Source: Candidatus Poribacteria bacterium (GTDB lineage Bacteria; Poribacteria; WGA-4E; PCPOR2b). Taken from it: DNA of 64,000 nt. The DNA is taken from the NCBI GenBank assembly GCA_965198175.1, contig OZ240245.1, forward strand, positions 1,824,001 to 1,888,000. The letters are read 5' to 3'. The translations under genes were made by a program, and so were the position numbers. Below are positions 59,671 through 64,000 of the stretch, piece by piece. The notes under the pieces are model-generated. The model searched no databases. It was given only the letters and a program-made list of their open reading frames with translations, and was not told where the DNA came from. Each line of letters begins with the position of its first letter. Position 1 is the stretch's first letter.

Positions 59671-61014
59671 TTAATTCGGCGTTAGCATCTCAATCTTGGT
59701 TCGGACAGCTTTCCGATCGATAAAGGCCGTATACATTGGAGTTATTTCACGAACATACTTTCGCGCCCCACCGCCAGCTGCAGGCCCGTTGAGAAAGAGA
59801 CTCTCAACCTCTTCGCCCACTCTTTCCGCTTGACTCCGTGTGCCTGCTCGCCCGCTGATACGCAATCGAATTTCAGATGGTGGACTTTGCAACGATAGGG
59901 AATTCCCTTGATACAGATGATTCACGCCAATAAATTCAACTCGCAGTTCACTCAGTTCGACGCATTCAGATTCCAGCCATTCATGCACACATGTTGCAGC
60001 AAGTTGAGCCCGTTCATAGGCGCCGGGACCTCCATAGGAAATTTCACCTTCTCCAATATAGCCTTCTTGAACACATAACAGCACACGAAGCCTGTCCGGA
60101 TGCGACCTTCCTTTCCCACCAAACACCTGCACCCGGTCTGGACCCACCTGTTTGAAACGCACATCGGTCAGATCTGACACTGCGTCGGGAGTTATCAGGC
60201 TTGAGGGATCGCGGACCTCATATAACAGTTGTTCTTTACATGTACCCACGCTGACTTGTCCTCCGCTGCCGGGCACTTTTGTGATATAGGCGCGTTCGTC
60301 CTCATAAATCTCAAGGACGGGATAACCGAGACGTGCAAGATTGTCCACTTCCTTATAGCCGGGATCGGCATAGTAGCCGCCGCTAATTTGGCAACCGCAC
60401 TCCATGAGATGACCTAGCATGACCGTGCGACCTACCCGGTTCCAATCATCGCTCGCCCAACCGAATTCATACAGCAAGGGCGCTACGAACAGCGAGGGAT
60501 CCGCGACACGACCCGTGATTACCACAGCCGCACCCTGTCGCAGCGCCTCTAGGATGGGGCACGAGCCGAGATAGATATTCGCCGACACCAATTTCTCTTG
60601 AATCTCCTGAGAACTGAGTTCCAACTCATGGAGTAGAAGATCCCCGCGTTTCACCTCGTCAAGAATATCGTCGCCAGTGACAACCGCCACGACGAGGTTG
60701 TCGATCCCCATTTCTTGCATCATATGAACCACCAATTCGCCCGCCGCTCGTGGGTTCGCTGCTCCCATATTCGTAATGATCTTTATGTTCTTTTTCGCGC
60801 ACGATTCTAGTATGGCACGCATACGTCTCTCGAATAAAGGGTCATATCCTTTCGACGGGTCAAGCCGTCTACGCTGTTGGGCAAGCATAATCGTTCGTTC
60901 AGCGAGGCATTCGAATACGATGTAATCGATATCGCCCGATTCTACCAACTCGATTGCAGGCGGAATTCTGTCTCCCGAAAAACCGGCACCTCCGCCGATT
61001 CGTATCTTCTTCAT
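59671..61014 (-). CDS. AtuA / DUF1446 family protein
   Basis: GGAGFSGDR, FECLAERT, ITGRVAD, GHLMECG and EQLLYEV motifs. Confidence 0.88.
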   Translation of the reverse strand: MKKIRIGGGAGFSGDRIPPAIELVESGDIDYIVFECLAERTIMLAQQRRRLDPSKGYDPLFERRMRAILESCAKKNIKIITNMGAANPRAAGELVVHMMQEMGIDNLVVAVVTGDDILDEVKRGDLLLHELELSSQEIQEKLVSANIYLGSCPILEALRQGAAVVITGRVADPSLFVAPLLYEFGWASDDWNRVGRTVMLGHLMECGCQISGGYYADPGYKEVDNLARLGYPVLEIYEDERAYITKVPGSGGQVSVGTCKEQLLYEVRDPSSLITPDAVSDLTDVRFKQVGPDRVQVFGGKGRSHPDRLRVLLCVQEGYIGEGEISYGGPGAYERAQLAATCVHEWLESECVELSELRVEFIGVNHLYQGNSLSLQSPPSEIRLRISGRAGTRSQAERVGEEVESLFLNGPAAGGGARKYVREITPMYTAFIDRKAVRTKIEMLTPN

Positions 61015-61113
61015 TGCATCCTCGGAAAATGCTTTGTGTTGCTTCGAATATTGATATGGCTGGTCCCAGCCCGAATGTGCAAGGCGCCGCTCGACGCATC
61101 GCGCACTGCTTTG

Positions 61114-61953
61114 TCAAATTGCGCGATTCTCATTGGAATACTCGTCGTTCGTCTGACCGACGCCTATCCATACGCCACGAAATAGGGTCCGCCGCTTTGG
61201 CGGCATCGCCATGACAGTTTCGTGAGGTGGTGCCCCGTAATGCCACTTTGCCGATGCGTGCATATAGTGGAAAAAAAGCGCCATACGTTCATTCTCCGGA
61301 TCCAGCCACTGTGGACCTCCGTGACAAATCGATTCCGTGAAGAACAACACAGAACCTGCTGGACACTCATAGGTTTCAAACAATGGGCTGTCAATCTGAC
61401 GGTGCTCCGGTGGGATTGGGAAGTTACTTTTGTGACTCCCGGACATGAACAGTGTGCCCCCCATCCATTTCTTCACAAGGTTCAACTCCCACACTACCCG
61501 AGTCACCGGCGAAGCAATGCTACCATTGAACACACGGAAACTGTGAGTTGGGAACATCTCAACTCCACCGTTATGCGGCGGTGATGGCGGCGGATCTGAG
61601 GCGCTGCGAGTCGGATCATAGGTTCGGCGCGTGAGATTCCAGGCATCGCAACGGAAACCGTAAGTTTTCGGCTCTTCACCTAATTCTGGAGGCACGTCTC
61701 GGTCGCGTGACTTCTGCCGGGAAGCGATAATCTCGTTTAACACGCCCACTACGACCGGATGATCTAACAGTTGGGAAGATGCTCCCCCACAAACATGCCT
61801 TTCTCTCTCAGGAAGCGACTCTGGGTTAAATTGCAAGGCATCTAGAAATTCCTTAATCTCTCTAATCTCGTCTGGTTGTAACACCGATGGAATCAGCAGC
61901 CAACCCTTCAAATCAAAGATAAACCGCTGTTCGTCGGTCATAGAATAAGTCAT
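61114..61953 (-). CDS. PhyH-family Fe/2OG enzyme with HxG in place of HxD
   Basis: FDLKGWL, PHNGG, GSHKSNF and FTESICHG motifs. Confidence 0.82.
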   Translation of the reverse strand: MTYSMTDEQRFIFDLKGWLLIPSVLQPDEIREIKEFLDALQFNPESLPERERHVCGGASSQLLDHPVVVGVLNEIIASRQKSRDRDVPPELGEEPKTYGFRCDAWNLTRRTYDPTRSASDPPPSPPHNGGVEMFPTHSFRVFNGSIASPVTRVVWELNLVKKWMGGTLFMSGSHKSNFPIPPEHRQIDSPLFETYECPAGSVLFFTESICHGGPQWLDPENERMALFFHYMHASAKWHYGAPPHETVMAMPPKRRTLFRGVWIGVGQTNDEYSNENRAI

Positions 61954-62208
61954 GATTCAAATTCCTCTATAAGTGGGGAAGATTTGCTATTTATTCTCAA
62001 GGCTGGAACCACAGTGCTAGTGCTATTGAGAAACTGAGTCTTGCGTAAAGTGTTCCGCACGTCCAAGCCTAATTTAGTTGACAAACTTCGCTCTGGCGGG
62101 GGAGCGTTTTGTAGAACTAGACAACTATTACGATTTAACACGTAGCGTCTCATTTCAGATTATCTTTACTCCATCCGTTTGGCTTTAGCGCCTTTACATC
62201 CTTTTTTG

Positions 62209-62237
62209 TTGCAAAATTGTCACCTAATTGCTATAAT
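62209..62237 (+). promoter_or_regulatory. sigma70 promoter
   Basis: TTGCAA-17 nt-TATAAT with extended -10 TG. Confidence 0.65.
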
Positions 62238-62384
62238 TGCATGATTCAGGGGCAAGGCAGAACGTAGAGCATTTACCACAGGTGCCTACATATTCTGCCG
62301 AGATTAGAATACTAGATGAAGTTCGTATAGCCTTAGCAATGAATGTACATCGTCAACTAGATTAGGAGGCAAAAGACAGAATCC

Positions 62385-63143
62385 ATGAACGATGATATCA
62401 GAGCTGCGATTGACTCAGTTAACGCCTACGGCTACTGCGTCCTAGAAAATCTCATTTCCCAAGACATGGCCCGCAGCATGGCGGAGCGATTCTTGGAAAT
62501 TCACGCAAATCCCGAATACGGGCGCTATAACACCGGCGACCAATACTATCAGACGCTGTTTGGCATGTTAAACTTGGACGACCGGGTCTGGATCTGCGCC
62601 AGTCATCCGGACACCGTAGCCATTTGCAGACATTTTCTAGGTGAAAATTGTCGTGTCGCCGAGGCATGTTCCAAACCAACATGGCCTGGAGCGGGACCTC
62701 AAGGGCTGCACGTCGATTCCGCCGCGCATTTCGTTGAGGTACCGGACGTACCGTGGATAATGAATAGTATCTGGATGCTCACAGACTTCACCATTGAAAA
62801 CGGTGCTACGGGCATTGTGCCCATGAGCCATCGGTCCCGTCTCAAGGGCCCACCGCCAGGAATTACTCCGGATAGCCCGCTTATCAAGCCGGTCACGGGC
62901 CGCGCGGGTTCCGTGATGATGTGGCACGGAGGTTTGTACCACATGGCTCGCCCCAATTCAACCACCGACGAGATTCGTGTGGGGCTAAACATCGCTTACT
63001 ACCCGCGTTGGTTCAACAACTGGAACGAAGGTGGCCACCAACCGCTCTGGCCTGAGACGTATGAGCGCATGCCTCCGGAAATGAAGCGCCTGTGCCCCGG
63101 TCGTCTGGGGCATAACCGAGCAGATGTCTACGAACATATTTGA
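62385..63143 (+). CDS. PhyH-family Fe/2OG dioxygenase
   Basis: LHVD, DFTIENGAT..VPMSH and GLYH motifs; AGGAGG RBS. Confidence 0.9.
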   Translation: MNDDIRAAIDSVNAYGYCVLENLISQDMARSMAERFLEIHANPEYGRYNTGDQYYQTLFGMLNLDDRVWICASHPDTVAICRHFLGENCRVAEACSKPTWPGAGPQGLHVDSAAHFVEVPDVPWIMNSIWMLTDFTIENGATGIVPMSHRSRLKGPPPGITPDSPLIKPVTGRAGSVMMWHGGLYHMARPNSTTDEIRVGLNIAYYPRWFNNWNEGGHQPLWPETYERMPPEMKRLCPGRLGHNRADVYEHI

Positions 63144-63272
63144 ACCGTATTCCTCGGAATATCGGAGTTCGACCACTTCACTTGGTTCGGATCTTCGTTG
63201 CGACAACCTGTAATTAGAAAGAGTTGCTGCCGCTGGGGACTTAATACCTAATCTTGGTTGAAATTTCCCAGC

Positions 63273-63330
63273 TTCCCATCACAGCCCCGAGTAAGAAACT
63301 TTGGAAACCCTATCGGGGCTACGATGGGAA
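63273..63330. repeat. 18-bp inverted repeat TTCCCATCACAGCCCCGA / TCGGGGCTACGATGGGAA
   Basis: 16/18 match; both mismatches become G-U pairs on the minus-strand RNA. Confidence 0.6.
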
Positions 63331-64000
63331 AGAGGTAGTGTGATCTAAGTATCATTATGTAAAGTATAGCATATCAAAAAAGCACAGTACCCGTCAACCG
63401 AAAACACTGCTCTGACGAGAACCGACTTGACGATAAACTGAATTTGAACTAAGGTGAGACCGATACATTTCATGATGATGAAATCCAAGTGTCTCCCAAC
63501 TAGCACTCCCCTTCGCTCTTGACAATGCTGCCGCTGTCTGAATGCGACTGATACAAAAACTAAGCGTTCAGCCTACCAAAATTCCAATTGCGGCGCCCTT
63601 GTCCCCACCTATTGTTGAGAAAATCTCAACCCTGTCACGGACTCGGCTGAACTGTTGTATTGAAAGTTTGGGAAGCACGACGAATTCTATAGTGTCCTAA
63701 ACAGAAAGAATTTGCCGGTCTGTTGAGCTTGAGAATCGGTTTCACCTTTAGCAACTAGCGTTGCGGTGTGAAAGGTCTTAACTCCTCGTGTGCTCCCGTA
63801 CCAGGCTCGCCTTACAGATTCCGAAAGCGCGTACTGTGGGTCTCTGGCTTTCGGCGACACGGTGAGAGATTGTCTATTATCATGAATCAGGCTGGGGTTT
63901 GTGGCAGGATGTCGAAACCCATCGCGGGAAAGAAACGTGTGGGGAGGTTCTGACGGACACATGGTTCCGAACTCCTTACGGTGCCATTTTCGATTCGCCG

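Noticed and set aside
63687..63962. 91-aa minus-strand ORF and a GAGCC..GTACGG stretch resembling group II intron domain V
   Set aside because: No recognisable protein motif, the domain V stem does not form, and there is no RT gene.

Overview
Bacterial DNA of moderate GC. The gene inventory (six PhyH-type Fe/2OG dioxygenases, a tandem LamG array ending in a 'WGAIKA' tail, a DUF6785-type membrane protein, a giant Ig-repeat protein with FlgD-like ends) resembles Candidatus Poribacteria; this assignment is an inference. Nt 1-4490 is a phage-like segment. It holds a terminase large subunit missed by the ORF track (running off the left edge) and a candidate small subunit. These are preceded by a near-consensus sigma70 promoter and a ~570-nt leader with interchangeable complementary arms, two U-tracts and a short ORF, resembling C4/CI-type RNA attenuation. 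Next come REP-like mosaic repeats, six LamG genes, metabolic and proteolytic genes (GldA-like, AKR, tricorn S41 protease, GGT, GH95, NHL), and a 2965-aa surface protein with a 3x663-bp apparently identical internal repeat. The right part has a type III R-M locus with a frameshifted mod gene and a likely ECF-controlled envelope cluster (YCF48 propeller, Spy-like protein, MacA/MacB-like without ATPase). It ends with an AtuA-like gene and two PhyH genes, one with an HxG halogenase-like motif. No rRNA, tRNA, CRISPR array, integrase or transposase was recognised.
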